A DNA stretch of 64,000 nucleotides from Spirochaetia bacterium (GTDB lineage Bacteria; Spirochaetota; Spirochaetia; CAKZLE01), in contig OY782041.1 in assembly GCA_963677595.1 (NCBI GenBank), forward strand, positions 480,001 through 544,000, in the 5' to 3' direction. The position numbers were made by a program, and so were the translations under genes. The notes under the pieces are model-generated. The model saw nothing but the letters and a program-made list of their open reading frames with translations, was not told the origin of the DNA and made no database searches. Below are positions 18,393 to 28,390 of this stretch, piece by piece (the first letter of the stretch is position 1; every line of letters starts with the position of its first letter).

Positions 18393-19466
18393 ATGAGAGA
18401 ACTGAGCGAGAACTTCGAGACACTGGCATTCACGGACGGGAAGCTGGTCATGCTTGACCAGAGGAAACTCCCGACGGAACTGACCTACTACACCTGTAAC
18501 GATTACCGGGATGTGGAGTTCGTCATACGAGACATGGTCGTCCGGGGGGCCCCGGCCATCGGGGCGACAGCCGCCTACGGCTTCTACCTTGCCGCAGTCG
18601 AACTCGCCGGGGTCGAGGATGACCAACAGTTCATGCAGAAGCTCCAGGAAGCCAGCGATTTCATGGAAGACGCACGCCCCACGGCAGTGAACCTCCGGTG
18701 GGCCCTGCGCAGGATGATGAAGAAGACCGGGGAGCTCCTTGGAAGTCCCCGGGAGGAACTACTCTCCCAGCTGAAGACATTGGCAGACTACATCAAGCAG
18801 GAAGACATCGACATCAACCGCCAGATGAGCCGCCACGGCAATGAGGTCATCGGGCAGAACGCCACGATCCTCACCCACTGCAATACCGGGGCCCTCGCCA
18901 CCGCCGGCTGGGGGACAGCCCTCGGGGTCATCAAGGAAGCCTATGTCTCCGGCAAGGACATCTTCGTCTATGCTGATGAGACGAGGCCGCGACTGCAGGG
19001 TGCACGCCTCACTGCCTGGGAGCTCAAGCAGGCAGGCATTCCCTCGAAGCTCATATCGGACAGCGTCGCCGCGACCCTGATCAGGGACGGGAAGATCGAC
19101 TGCGTGATCCTCGGCGGTGACCGGGTAGCGGCGAACGGCGATGTCTGCAACAAGATCGGGACCTTCATGCTCTCGGTCATCTGTAAGATGTACGGGGTCC
19201 CCTTCTACAGCGTGGTGCCTGTCTCCACGATCGACTTCGAGATCGAGACCGGGGAGGAGATCCCCATCGAGGAGCGTGATGCTTCCGAGGTCACCCACGT
19301 CAGGGGCATGCAGATCGCACCGGACGGTATGGAGGTCTATAACCCCGCGTTCGACGTGACTCCCCACCAGAACATCACCGGCATCATCACCGAGGTCGGG
19401 ATCATCCGACCGCCCTACCGGGAGAACATCGAGAAGATCAGGAAGGCATATGCGGAGAAGCAGTGA
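18393..19466 (+). CDS. mtnA: S-methyl-5-thioribose-1-phosphate isomerase
   Basis: MVVRGAPAIG, RPTAVNL, THCNTGALAT, ETRPRLQGARLT, NKIGT, NPAFDVTP. Confidence 0.95.
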   Translation: MRELSENFETLAFTDGKLVMLDQRKLPTELTYYTCNDYRDVEFVIRDMVVRGAPAIGATAAYGFYLAAVELAGVEDDQQFMQKLQEASDFMEDARPTAVNLRWALRRMMKKTGELLGSPREELLSQLKTLADYIKQEDIDINRQMSRHGNEVIGQNATILTHCNTGALATAGWGTALGVIKEAYVSGKDIFVYADETRPRLQGARLTAWELKQAGIPSKLISDSVAATLIRDGKIDCVILGGDRVAANGDVCNKIGTFMLSVICKMYGVPFYSVVPVSTIDFEIETGEEIPIEERDASEVTHVRGMQIAPDGMEVYNPAFDVTPHQNITGIITEVGIIRPPYRENIEKIRKAYAEKQ

Positions 19467-20659
19467 TGGATAAAGAAACAAGACGTATCGCGACCGACCT
19501 GGTCCATGGAGGCGGGGAGACAGCAGGGGATGCATCCAAGGCCCTCAACCCGCCGATCTACATGACCTCGACCTTCACCTTCGACTCGATTGGACATGCC
19601 GACGAGGTCATGTCCTTCGCAAGCGACGACTATGTCTATACCAGGGGGAACAACCCTACCCTGCGCCTCTTCGAGGACCGCATGAGCATTCTCGAGGGAG
19701 GGGCCGCATCGGTTGCCTTCGCATCTGGGATGGCCGCGATCTCTTCCACCCTCCTCGCCCTGGCCTCCCCGGGAGATACGGTACTCATCCACCGGACGCT
19801 CTACGGCTCTTCCTACACACTGGCGACCCACCTCCTGCCGAAATGGGGGATCTCCTATATCGCAGCGGACCTGCGGGATACCGAAGCAGTGCGGAAGATC
19901 TGTTCGGGGAACAGGATAGCCGCGGTCTACTTCGAGACCCCGGTGAACCCGGATCTCGCAATCATCGATATCAAGGCAGTTGCGGATGCAGCCCATGCAT
20001 ACGGTGCACAAGTCGTGGTCGACAACACCTTCGCCTCTCCCTGCCTGCAGAACCCGCTCTCCCTCGGTGCGGATGCGGTCCTGCACAGTACGACGAAATA
20101 CATCTGCGGTCACGGTGATGCCCTTGGGGGCGTCGTCACCACCACGAATGAGGAGCTTGCTGCTACGATCAAGTTCGGCTATATGTGTGAGCTCGGCGGG
20201 GTCATGAGCCCCTTCAACGGATGGCTGATGCTGCGGGGACTCAAGACCCTCCAGCTGAGGATGGAACGTCACTGTTCAAATGCCCTGTGGGCAGCTGAGC
20301 ATCTTGCATCACACCCGAAGGTACGCCAGGTCTTCTATCCCGGGCTGTCAGGCCACCCTGACCATGAGCTTGCCGCCAGGCAGATGTCAGGGTTCGGGGG
20401 GATCATCAGCTTCGAGGTCGATGGGTACCTGAAAGCAGCTGCCCGCTGCATCGATAGCTTCTCCATGGCGAAGATCGCCGTGAGCCTCGGTGACTGCGAG
20501 ACACTGGTCCAACTGCCTGCAGCGATGACCCACCGCGGCTATGACCGGGACCGGCTCGCGGAGGCAGGCCTCACTGAGAGCATGATCCGCCTCTCGATCG
20601 GTATCGAGGACATCGATGATATCATAGATGATATAGAGAGGGCCCTGGAGGCCGTCTGA
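19466..20659 (+). CDS. PLP-dependent trans-sulfuration enzyme (methionine gamma-lyase/cystathionine gamma-lyase family)
   Basis: YTRGNNPT, FASGMAAI, VDNTF, HSTTKYICGHGD (PLP lysine), VSLG. Confidence 0.85.
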   Translation: MDKETRRIATDLVHGGGETAGDASKALNPPIYMTSTFTFDSIGHADEVMSFASDDYVYTRGNNPTLRLFEDRMSILEGGAASVAFASGMAAISSTLLALASPGDTVLIHRTLYGSSYTLATHLLPKWGISYIAADLRDTEAVRKICSGNRIAAVYFETPVNPDLAIIDIKAVADAAHAYGAQVVVDNTFASPCLQNPLSLGADAVLHSTTKYICGHGDALGGVVTTTNEELAATIKFGYMCELGGVMSPFNGWLMLRGLKTLQLRMERHCSNALWAAEHLASHPKVRQVFYPGLSGHPDHELAARQMSGFGGIISFEVDGYLKAAARCIDSFSMAKIAVSLGDCETLVQLPAAMTHRGYDRDRLAEAGLTESMIRLSIGIEDIDDIIDDIERALEAV

Positions 20660-20678
20660 CCTCCAGGGAACAAGAGAA

Positions 20679-21584
20679 TCACTTTATCTCGGATACCTTC
20701 TTCAGGGATGCCACGATCCCTGCAATGTCCGAGAGGTTCGTGGGGATCACGATAGAGTTGGACTCCTTGGCGATCTTCCCGAATTCCTGCAGGTACTGTT
20801 CGGCGATCCGCAGGTTCACGGCATCGGAACCGCCATCCTTGGAGATCTCCCTGGCGATGAGGCTCAAGCCGAGGGCTGTAGCCTCAGCGATACGCTGGAT
20901 CTCCTGGGCACGCCCTTCCGCCTCATTGATCCTCTTGATCTTCTCACCCTCGCTCCTGAGCTCGATCTCGCGCTTGGCACCCTCTGCGACGTTCACCTTT
21001 GCCTGCTTCTGCCCCTCTGATTCCGCGATGACGGCACGTTTCTCACGTTCTGCACGCATCTGCTTCTCCATCGCTTCCTTCACGCTCTGCGGGGGCATGA
21101 TGTTCTTGATCTCGTATCGGGTTATCTTCACACCCCAGGGGTCAGAGGCCAGGTCCACGGCCTGGACGATCTCGGCATTGATGTTGTCCCGCTCCTCGAA
21201 GGTCTTATCGAGCTCGAGCTTACCGATGATACTCCTCATCGTCGTCTGCGCGATCTGGGAGGAGGCGAAGACATAGTTGTCGATCCCGTAGGAGGCCTTG
21301 TCCGGGTCCACTACCTTCAGGTAGAGGATGCCGTCCACTTCCACGGCGACGTTGTCCCGGGTGATGCAGGTCTGTGATTCCACATCGATGGCGACCTCCT
21401 TGAGGGTGTGCTTGTAGGCGACCCGGTCCACGAAGGGGACGAGGAAGTGGAGTCCTGCCGTCAGTGTCGCCTGGTACTTCCCCAGGCGTTCCACGATGAA
21501 TGCTGACCTCTGCGGTACGATCCGTATATTCACCATGATGAGGATCAGGACCAGGACGATCAGTGCGATCAATGCGTATGTCAT
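20679..21584 (-). CDS. SPFH/stomatin-like (paraslipin, QmcA-type) protein
   Basis: N-terminal TM; VERLGKY, ITRDNV, QTTMRSIIG, QMRAEREKRA. Confidence 0.92.
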   Translation of the reverse strand: MTYALIALIVLVLILIMVNIRIVPQRSAFIVERLGKYQATLTAGLHFLVPFVDRVAYKHTLKEVAIDVESQTCITRDNVAVEVDGILYLKVVDPDKASYGIDNYVFASSQIAQTTMRSIIGKLELDKTFEERDNINAEIVQAVDLASDPWGVKITRYEIKNIMPPQSVKEAMEKQMRAEREKRAVIAESEGQKQAKVNVAEGAKREIELRSEGEKIKRINEAEGRAQEIQRIAEATALGLSLIAREISKDGGSDAVNLRIAEQYLQEFGKIAKESNSIVIPTNLSDIAGIVASLKKVSEIK

Positions 21585-21623
21585 ACGTTTTTCTCCTACT
21601 TATAAAAATATGTTGTGTTGTGC

Positions 21624-22049
21624 TTATGCTTTTCTCACGGTAAGGACCAGCCCGTCCCTCCCGGTGACCTCGGCCTTCTCCCCGGCAGGGATCATCTCGG
21701 AGGATTCTGCCTTCCAGGTAGTCCCCCGGAGGAAGAGTGAACCGGCATGGCCGGGACGGATCTCAGCGGAGACCTCCCCGGTGAGACCGACTAAGGAATC
21801 GGCGGTAAGGTCCTTATCCCCAGAACCGCGTCTCCTGCTGACTAAGAATTTCCTGAGGAGGATCAGCGAGAGGACAGAAGAGACTAAGAAGATCCCCAGC
21901 TGGAACTCGATGGAGAACGGGATGATCAGAAGCAGCAGGGCTGCCACCCAGGCCCCCACACCGAAGAAGATCACGATGAGTCCGGGGATCACGAACTCCA
22001 GGATCATCAGGACGATACCTGCAATAAACCAGACCAGGGACGCACTCAT
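21624..22049 (-). CDS. NfeD-like membrane protein
   Basis: Three TM segments plus an OB-fold tail (GTTWKA); classic partner gene of SPFH. Confidence 0.88.
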   Translation of the reverse strand: MSASLVWFIAGIVLMILEFVIPGLIVIFFGVGAWVAALLLLIIPFSIEFQLGIFLVSSVLSLILLRKFLVSRRRGSGDKDLTADSLVGLTGEVSAEIRPGHAGSLFLRGTTWKAESSEMIPAGEKAEVTGRDGLVLTVRKA

Positions 22050-22144
22050 TACTCAACTCCTCTCGATAATCGTCTGTAGAATCTATCAAAGTTCAGTATA
22101 ACAGAAAACAGGCATATTGCCAGTGAATACTCACTGAGAACTAT

Positions 22145-22174
22145 TTGACCTGGAGAGGAGCTGCATACTATACT
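22145..22174 (+). promoter_or_regulatory. Sigma70-type promoter for the bioY operon
   Basis: TTGACC-18 bp-TATACT; palindrome CAGTGA-N4-TCACTG (22121-22136) just upstream. Confidence 0.6.
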
Positions 22175-22224
22175 TTTTGCCGGAGAACCTTCTCCTGATT
22201 ATGAGCTATAAGGATAAAAAGTTG

Positions 22225-22803
22225 ATGAACATACGAACGATCGTACTGACAGCCCTCTTTGCTGCACTCATCGCGACAGGCTCCTATATCGCCATCCCGA
22301 TGGCACCTGTCCCGATCACACTCCAGACATTCTTCATCCTCTCAGCAGGCCTGATCTGCGGGAGGAAGGTCGGTACCGGGTCCGTCCTGGTCTTCCTGAT
22401 CGCGGGAGCGATCGGGCTCCCCGTCTTCTCCGGCGGCACCGGGGGGATCGCCCACCTGGCAGGGCCTACCGGAGGCTACCTCTTCGGCTACCTGCTCAGC
22501 GGACTTATTGCAGGTACCTTCTCCGACCTGGCCAGGAAGGTCCCCAGGAAGGACGATTCCAAGGAAGAAGCCGGGAGCGGCGTGCTGGTACTCCTCATCA
22601 TCGGCGGGATCGCCGCTGCCTGTTCAGTCTACCTCATCGGCCTGCCATGGCTGAAGGTCAACCTTGACTTCACCTGGACAAAGGCCTTTGCTGCAGGGAT
22701 GATCCCCTTCCTCATCGGTGATGCGATCAAGACAGCTGCGGCGATCATGCTGGCACGAGTCCTCTTCCGGCGGATCGATGCCTTCCTGAACCAGGGAGCA
22801 TGA
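22225..22803 (+). CDS. bioY: Biotin ECF transporter S component
   Basis: PVPITLQTF, GLPVFSGG, GPTGGYLFGY, PFLIGDAIK; start uncertain (22201 or 22225). Confidence 0.93.
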   Translation: MNIRTIVLTALFAALIATGSYIAIPMAPVPITLQTFFILSAGLICGRKVGTGSVLVFLIAGAIGLPVFSGGTGGIAHLAGPTGGYLFGYLLSGLIAGTFSDLARKVPRKDDSKEEAGSGVLVLLIIGGIAAACSVYLIGLPWLKVNLDFTWTKAFAAGMIPFLIGDAIKTAAAIMLARVLFRRIDAFLNQGA

Positions 22804-22804
22804 G

Positions 22805-23560
22805 ATGAGCCAGCTTGAGATCAGCGGGCTTACCTTCCGGTTCCCGGACGGGACCACGGCCCTCCGGGATATCAGCCTCAAGATCGATGAGGGGGAGTTC
22901 GTAGTCATAACAGGCAAGAACGGGTCGGGCAAGACCATGCTGCTCAGGGTACTCAACGGGCTGATGCGTCCGACCTCGGGCAGCGTCGTGATCAACGGGA
23001 TCTCCGTGACGGAGAACCCCTTCGAGGCACGGAAGCAGCTCGGCCTCGTCTTCCAGCAGTCAGACAACCAGATCGTCGGCCAGACGGTCATGGAGGATAT
23101 AGCCTTCGGGCTTGAGAACATCGGGATGAACCGCGATGAGGTCAAGATCAGGGTCAGGAAGGCTCTTGAGCTCACCAATCTCGAGGAGCATGCCTCCCAG
23201 CGCCCGAGGACCCTCTCCGGGGGCGAGAAGAAACGCCTCGCGATCGCGGGAGTCGCTGCGATGTCCCCTGCGATCATCGCGCTGGACGAGCCCTTCTCCA
23301 ACCTTGACTACCCGGGAGTACTGCAGGTACTCAGGCAGCTCGTGGACCTCCACGAACAGGGACATACCATCCTGCTCGTCACCCATGACCTCGACAAGGT
23401 GCTGGCCCACGCCTCCCGACTGGTCCTGATGGACCAGGGCTCCCTCATAGCCAATGGGAGACCATCCGAGACGATCGGTTCGGCATCCCTGTGCGGGGTA
23501 CGAACACCTGCTGGAACCGATGAGCAGGCGATCAGGACGATGACATGGCTGAACGACTGA
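22805..23560 (+). CDS. ECF transporter ATPase (BioM/EcfA)
   Basis: GKNGSGKT, LSGGEKKR, LDEP; in an operon with bioY. Confidence 0.9.
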   Translation: MSQLEISGLTFRFPDGTTALRDISLKIDEGEFVVITGKNGSGKTMLLRVLNGLMRPTSGSVVINGISVTENPFEARKQLGLVFQQSDNQIVGQTVMEDIAFGLENIGMNRDEVKIRVRKALELTNLEEHASQRPRTLSGGEKKRLAIAGVAAMSPAIIALDEPFSNLDYPGVLQVLRQLVDLHEQGHTILLVTHDLDKVLAHASRLVLMDQGSLIANGRPSETIGSASLCGVRTPAGTDEQAIRTMTWLND

Positions 23561-24267
23561 TCTTCCATTACCATGCACGAAAGACCATAGTCCATGCCCT
23601 GGACCCCCGGGGGAAGATGTTCACGCTCCTTGCGATGACGATCATGCTCCTCAACCTGAAGACCTTCGGGTTCCTCCTGCTCCTCCCCTACCTCTTCCTC
23701 TCGATGGTCGCTGCACGGATGCCGGTACGGGAATACCGGAGGGAGATGCTCTTCTTCCTCATCTTCTCCTGCATGATCCTGCTCATGAGATGGTGGGGTA
23801 CGGGAGACCTGCTGACTGCGGTGACAGCCTCAGGGCGGTTCCTCGCAGTCGTCATCCTCGGGCTGATCCTCGCCGATACCACCAGCCCCAATGAGATGGC
23901 ATTGACCCTCTACTGGCTCATCCGTCCTTTCTCCAGGAAGACCGCTGCCAGCATGGCTGCGAAGCTGAACCTTACCGTCAGCTTCTTCCCCGTGATCTTC
24001 GATGCCTCGAAGGAGATCCAGGAAGCACGCAGGTCCCGGCACGAGGATGCCAGGAGGAAGCCGGTACGCAGGCTGGTCTCCGTGGGGCGACAGCTCTTCG
24101 AGGGCCTCCTCGACAGGGCCGAGGATATTTCCTATGCGCTGGAATCACGATGCTTCGATCCGGAGATCCTGCACGGGACTCTATCCTGGAGATTCCGGGA
24201 CACCGTCTATCTCATCCTCTCCGGCAGCTACCTCATCTTCGTGCTCTACCTGTCCATCATCCCATGA
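23545..24267 (+). CDS. ECF transporter T component (BioN/EcfT)
   Basis: LDPRGK, TM helices, RSR and ESR (XRX) motifs. Confidence 0.88.
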   Translation: MAERLIFHYHARKTIVHALDPRGKMFTLLAMTIMLLNLKTFGFLLLLPYLFLSMVAARMPVREYRREMLFFLIFSCMILLMRWWGTGDLLTAVTASGRFLAVVILGLILADTTSPNEMALTLYWLIRPFSRKTAASMAAKLNLTVSFFPVIFDASKEIQEARRSRHEDARRKPVRRLVSVGRQLFEGLLDRAEDISYALESRCFDPEILHGTLSWRFRDTVYLILSGSYLIFVLYLSIIP

Positions 24268-25084
24268 TCTTCATCGATCCCCGGTAGAGCGACACTTCCG
24301 TCGTGATGATCATAGCCCCTTCCTGCTTGTCGAGATCTCCGGTGATCTTTTCGATACCTTCCACGATCTCATGCTCACGATCCTCAGGGACTAAGGCCAT
24401 GATGGTCTTGCTCTGGTTCTTCCGCTCATTGAAGAAGCCGATGAAGGTAGCGAACAGCGGTATGTTCGATATATAGGCTCCCATACCTGATGACTCGATG
24501 ATCGTAGCCCCGTCGATCCCTTCCTGGATGAAGTACTCGAGGATATGATAGAGGAACTCCTCCAGATAGAGGACCACGTACATCAGCTTCATCTTCCGTT
24601 TCGAGGAGTCCCCGACGGCACTCTGGTCGACCGAACGGAGGAAGGTCTCATAGAGCACACCGGCCGTCTTCGCGGCAAGCAGCTCTTTCTTGACCCTGCC
24701 GGTCATCAGCGTCCGCGAGATGCTCGCCAGGATCTGCACATGCTCGTTCACCTTCTCTGCAGGTCCGATGATGGTGAAGATCAGGTTGACCTTCTTCTTG
24801 TCAAGGGCATCGAATTCCACACCCTGCCGTGACATGGCGATGAACACCACGAACTCATCCAACCCTTCGAGCCGCATGTGGGGGAGCGCGACCCCGTCCC
24901 CGAACCCGGTAGACCCCTCGGCTTCCCGATCCTTGAGACCCTGGTAGATCGCATCGATCCCGAACGACCTGAGCTTCTCATGCCTCACCGCGAGGGCAGC
25001 CAGTTCATGAAGGACATCCTGTTTTGTCCTGGAGGTGAGCGATACGCTGCAGCAGTCCTTATCTATGATCGTAAACAGTTCCAT
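24257..25084 (-). CDS. PTS EIIA(Ntr/Fru)-domain protein fused to a P-II-like C-terminal domain
   Basis: RE..GSTGFGDGVALPH (phospho-His intact); C-terminal GATIIESSGMG...TIMALV. Confidence 0.75.
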   Translation of the reverse strand: MELFTIIDKDCCSVSLTSRTKQDVLHELAALAVRHEKLRSFGIDAIYQGLKDREAEGSTGFGDGVALPHMRLEGLDEFVVFIAMSRQGVEFDALDKKKVNLIFTIIGPAEKVNEHVQILASISRTLMTGRVKKELLAAKTAGVLYETFLRSVDQSAVGDSSKRKMKLMYVVLYLEEFLYHILEYFIQEGIDGATIIESSGMGAYISNIPLFATFIGFFNERKNQSKTIMALVPEDREHEIVEGIEKITGDLDKQEGAMIITTEVSLYRGSMKIMG

Positions 25085-26328
25085 TAGTCTTCCTCCATTG
25101 CTTTTACTAACGCTGCCCTGGCAAGGGACGGGCCGATCAGTTCATTCACGAACACCGACAGCAGCACGATATTCACCATCTGCGAGATCATCTCCTCATA
25201 CAAGTGCGCCAGGCCTGAGATCATCGGGGAGGCCTGGATCAGGAGGACCAGCCCGATGGCGACCCCGGCCTGGGGGATCATGCAGAGACCGAGCTGCGTC
25301 TTCACGCAGCCGGTCAGGCCTGAGATCTTAGCCCCGAGCCTCACCCCGCTGTATTTTGCCGCCGCCCGCATGATGATGAAGGCGAAGCCCACGATCAGGA
25401 TCTCACGGTTGAGCAGGACATGCGGGTTGAGTTCCGTTCCCGCGATGACGAAGAAGAGTGCGTATATAGGCGGGGTCAGCGGCTCGATCGAACGGAAGAT
25501 CCTGTGGTTCCTCGGGGATGCATTGATCAGGAGTGTACCTGCCGCCATATTGGACATGAGCGGGGAGAGATTGAGGATGATCGCCAATGCTGTCTCGATG
25601 AAAATGATCCCCAGGGTGATCAGGAGGATCTCGTTGGTGCCGTTCTTCCTTCGGGTCATCATATGGATCACCCAACCGGCAAACGCCCCGATGAGGAGGG
25701 AGAACCCGATCTCCTCGAATGCGTGGAGGATCAGGTGCCCTGCGCCATGGGCCTCCGGGTTGAGCATCCCGATAGCCAGGGCGAACACGACCCCGAAGAT
25801 GGCAACACAGCCGGCGTCATCGAGGGCGACGAGTCCGTAGAGGTAGTCCACGAACCTCCCGTGAGCCCGGAGTTTCTGTACGATCGCAACGGTGGCGGCA
25901 GGGGCCGTTGCCGTGGAGATCGCCCCGAGCAGCAGGGCAAAAGGAAGGTCGATCCCAAAGAGGGCCATCGTGACAGATACGACGGCGAAAGCCAATCCCA
26001 CCTGGAAGATCGTCATGATCACGATCTCCCTACCCATGCGCTTGAGCTTTGCGGAGTAGAACTCACCCCCGATCGTCAGGGCGATCAGGCCGAGTGCCAC
26101 GTCCGTCACGAACTTGAGGGATTCTCCCATCTCATGATGGACGAGGCCGGTGACGGCGTCCCCCATGATCAGGCCGGCGAAGATATAGCCGGTAATCTCC
26201 GGCAGCCGTATCTTCGTCACCAGTTTTCCCATGACGTAGCCGAAGAACATCAGGAGACCGACCGTGAAGAGCCCGCTATGGTTCACGACATCACGGAATG
26301 CTATCAGTTCAGTTGTAATAAGGTTCAT
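25084..26328 (-). CDS. Cation:proton antiporter (CPA family)
   Basis: Multi-TM; ATAPAAT, VALDD, PQAGVAIGL, NELIGP. Confidence 0.88.
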   Translation of the reverse strand: MNLITTELIAFRDVVNHSGLFTVGLLMFFGYVMGKLVTKIRLPEITGYIFAGLIMGDAVTGLVHHEMGESLKFVTDVALGLIALTIGGEFYSAKLKRMGREIVIMTIFQVGLAFAVVSVTMALFGIDLPFALLLGAISTATAPAATVAIVQKLRAHGRFVDYLYGLVALDDAGCVAIFGVVFALAIGMLNPEAHGAGHLILHAFEEIGFSLLIGAFAGWVIHMMTRRKNGTNEILLITLGIIFIETALAIILNLSPLMSNMAAGTLLINASPRNHRIFRSIEPLTPPIYALFFVIAGTELNPHVLLNREILIVGFAFIIMRAAAKYSGVRLGAKISGLTGCVKTQLGLCMIPQAGVAIGLVLLIQASPMISGLAHLYEEMISQMVNIVLLSVFVNELIGPSLARAALVKAMEED

Positions 26329-26409
26329 AGCTCATTGTACCGGCAAGATGAGGAGTTTTCAATCAGTAATGTAGAGACATTCACAGTTCATCAGTATATA
26401 CTCCATGCC

Positions 26410-27330
26410 ATGGATAATAAGCTACTGTTCCCGTTACTCGCAGTCATCACCGGAACCCTCATCACAATCATGGTGCAGTTCAACACCCTGCTGGCAGATG
26501 TGGTTGGGCTCGTCTTCTCTACCTTCGTCATACAGCTGGCAGGCCTGCTGCTCTCAGTCGTCGTCATATGGGTCTCGGCCCCCCCGAAGGGGCAGCCGGT
26601 CAACCCTCTCCTGCGTCTCGGCGGGATCCTCGGGGTCGGCATGATCCTCATCAACATCCTCTGCTTCCAGAACATCGGGGCCTCACTTACCCTGGCCGTT
26701 TCGCTGCTTGGCAGAACCCTCACCTCCCTTGCTTATGACCTGACGGGGTTCATGGGCATGACGAAGTACCCTCTTGAGAAGAAGAAGATCGCCGGGCTTG
26801 CCGCAAGCATCCTCGGCATCCTCCTGATGGCAGGGAGGGTGACGGATGCCAGCGGCTATATGCTTCTGGCATTCCTGGGGGGTTCCATCCTGGCCACACA
26901 GCTGATCATCAATGCGAGATTAGCCCTGAAGATCGGCCTGAAGCGCTCCACGCGGAACAACTTCATCGTGACTGCAGCCTGTTCCCTCATCCTGGTCATC
27001 TTCCTGAAGATAGATATGGCTGCAGGTTTCCGTGCACTGCTCTCGGTATCCATGTTCCATGCACTCGGTTCGGGGTGGCTTGGCGTCATCGTCGTCCTGC
27101 TCTCCAGCTGGATTATCCCCAAGATCCCGACGGTCTACAGTTCCCTGCTCCTCTTCTCGGGCCAGTTCCTCTCAGCACTGATCATTGATGCCGTCCGTTT
27201 CGGGTCGGTATCAGCAGGGCAGCTGGGCGGGGTTCTCCTCATCCTGGCAGGGATGCTGTGGAATATACGGGTGGATCTGATCGGGGTCAAGCAGAAGGAA
27301 GGACTCCAGCAGCAGCCTGCCCAAGAGTAA
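26410..27330 (+). CDS. DMT family (YdcZ-like, two-domain) transporter, paralog 1
   Basis: Ten TM; real start MDNKLL, because the ORF-track extension to 25420 is antisense shadow of the antiporter. Confidence 0.8.
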   Translation: MDNKLLFPLLAVITGTLITIMVQFNTLLADVVGLVFSTFVIQLAGLLLSVVVIWVSAPPKGQPVNPLLRLGGILGVGMILINILCFQNIGASLTLAVSLLGRTLTSLAYDLTGFMGMTKYPLEKKKIAGLAASILGILLMAGRVTDASGYMLLAFLGGSILATQLIINARLALKIGLKRSTRNNFIVTAACSLILVIFLKIDMAAGFRALLSVSMFHALGSGWLGVIVVLLSSWIIPKIPTVYSSLLLFSGQFLSALIIDAVRFGSVSAGQLGGVLLILAGMLWNIRVDLIGVKQKEGLQQQPAQE

Positions 27331-27457
27331 CGACAGCCCTGTCACCAGGGCTGCCCGGCATATAGTGGAGGGTGTGATGATCATGTTCGCACAGCACCCG
27401 GGTATTACACTGGAAGCTGGTGACAGATACAGGTTAAAAGGGATATACTGATTCCCT

Positions 27458-28390
27458 ATGGATAGACGAATCGGGTTTCCGGTCATGGCAATACTTACCG
27501 GGACCCTCATCACGGTCATGATACAGTTCAATACCCTCCTCGGGGGAGCGGTAGGTCTCTTCTTCTCCATCCTGGTCATCCAGCTCTCAGGGCTGGTGCT
27601 CGCTGAGCTTGTCATCCTCATCCTGAGACCAGAGAGAGGTGAACCGGTCAGTCCATGGCTCAGGATGAGGGGACTCATCGGTGTTGCCATGGTCCTCTCT
27701 AACACCCTCTGCTTCCAGCAGCTCGGGGCATCGCTGACCCTTTCCGCGGTGATCCTCGGGCAGTCGACAACCTCACTGGCCTATGACCTGACAGGGTTTC
27801 TCGGGCTGACGAGGTATCGGTTCAACAGGGAGAAGATCATCGGTTTCGCCCTGAGCCTGGCGGGCATACTCCTGATGGCAGGGAGGATGACAGAGCACTG
27901 GACCTTCATCCTCCTCGCACTCTTCACCGGGACCCTCACGATCACCCAGATGGTCATCAACGCCAGACTCGCCGGCAGGATCGGGCTGATGCGGGCGACC
28001 CGCAACAACTTCATCTGGGCAACCGGGTTGTGCATCCTCTTATGCCTGGCACTGGGCATACCCCTGACGGACGGGTTCCGTTCCCTCAAGGATGTCCCCC
28101 TGCACTACAGCCTTGGCGGCGGCTGGCTCGGGGTCATAGCCGTAGCCTTGAGCAGCTGGATCGTCCCGAAGATACCGACAGTCTACAGCTCACTGCTCCT
28201 ATTCTCAGGGCAGATCACCATGGCACTGATCCTTGACGCGTTCAGGTTCGGCTCAGTATCGATCGGGCAGCTCGGGGGCGTTCTGCTCATACTGGCAGGG
28301 ATGCTGTGGAATATACGGGTGGATGTGAAGAAGGCTGCTAACGGATCCGGTAGCGGGGAGGAGTTTCAGCAGCAGTCTCCTCAAGAGTGA
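27458..28390 (+). CDS. DMT family (YdcZ-like, two-domain) transporter, paralog 2
   Basis: Colinear and highly similar to 26410-27330 (e.g. PKIPTVYSSLLLFSGQ). Confidence 0.8.
   Translation: MDRRIGFPVMAILTGTLITVMIQFNTLLGGAVGLFFSILVIQLSGLVLAELVILILRPERGEPVSPWLRMRGLIGVAMVLSNTLCFQQLGASLTLSAVILGQSTTSLAYDLTGFLGLTRYRFNREKIIGFALSLAGILLMAGRMTEHWTFILLALFTGTLTITQMVINARLAGRIGLMRATRNNFIWATGLCILLCLALGIPLTDGFRSLKDVPLHYSLGGGWLGVIAVALSSWIVPKIPTVYSSLLLFSGQITMALILDAFRFGSVSIGQLGGVLLILAGMLWNIRVDVKKAANGSGSGEEFQQQSPQE

Noticed and set aside
25420-26409. 636-aa ORF suggesting a long N-terminal extension on the DMT
   Set aside because: The first 330 codons are the antisense shadow of the antiporter; the paralog and the -10 box place the start at 26410
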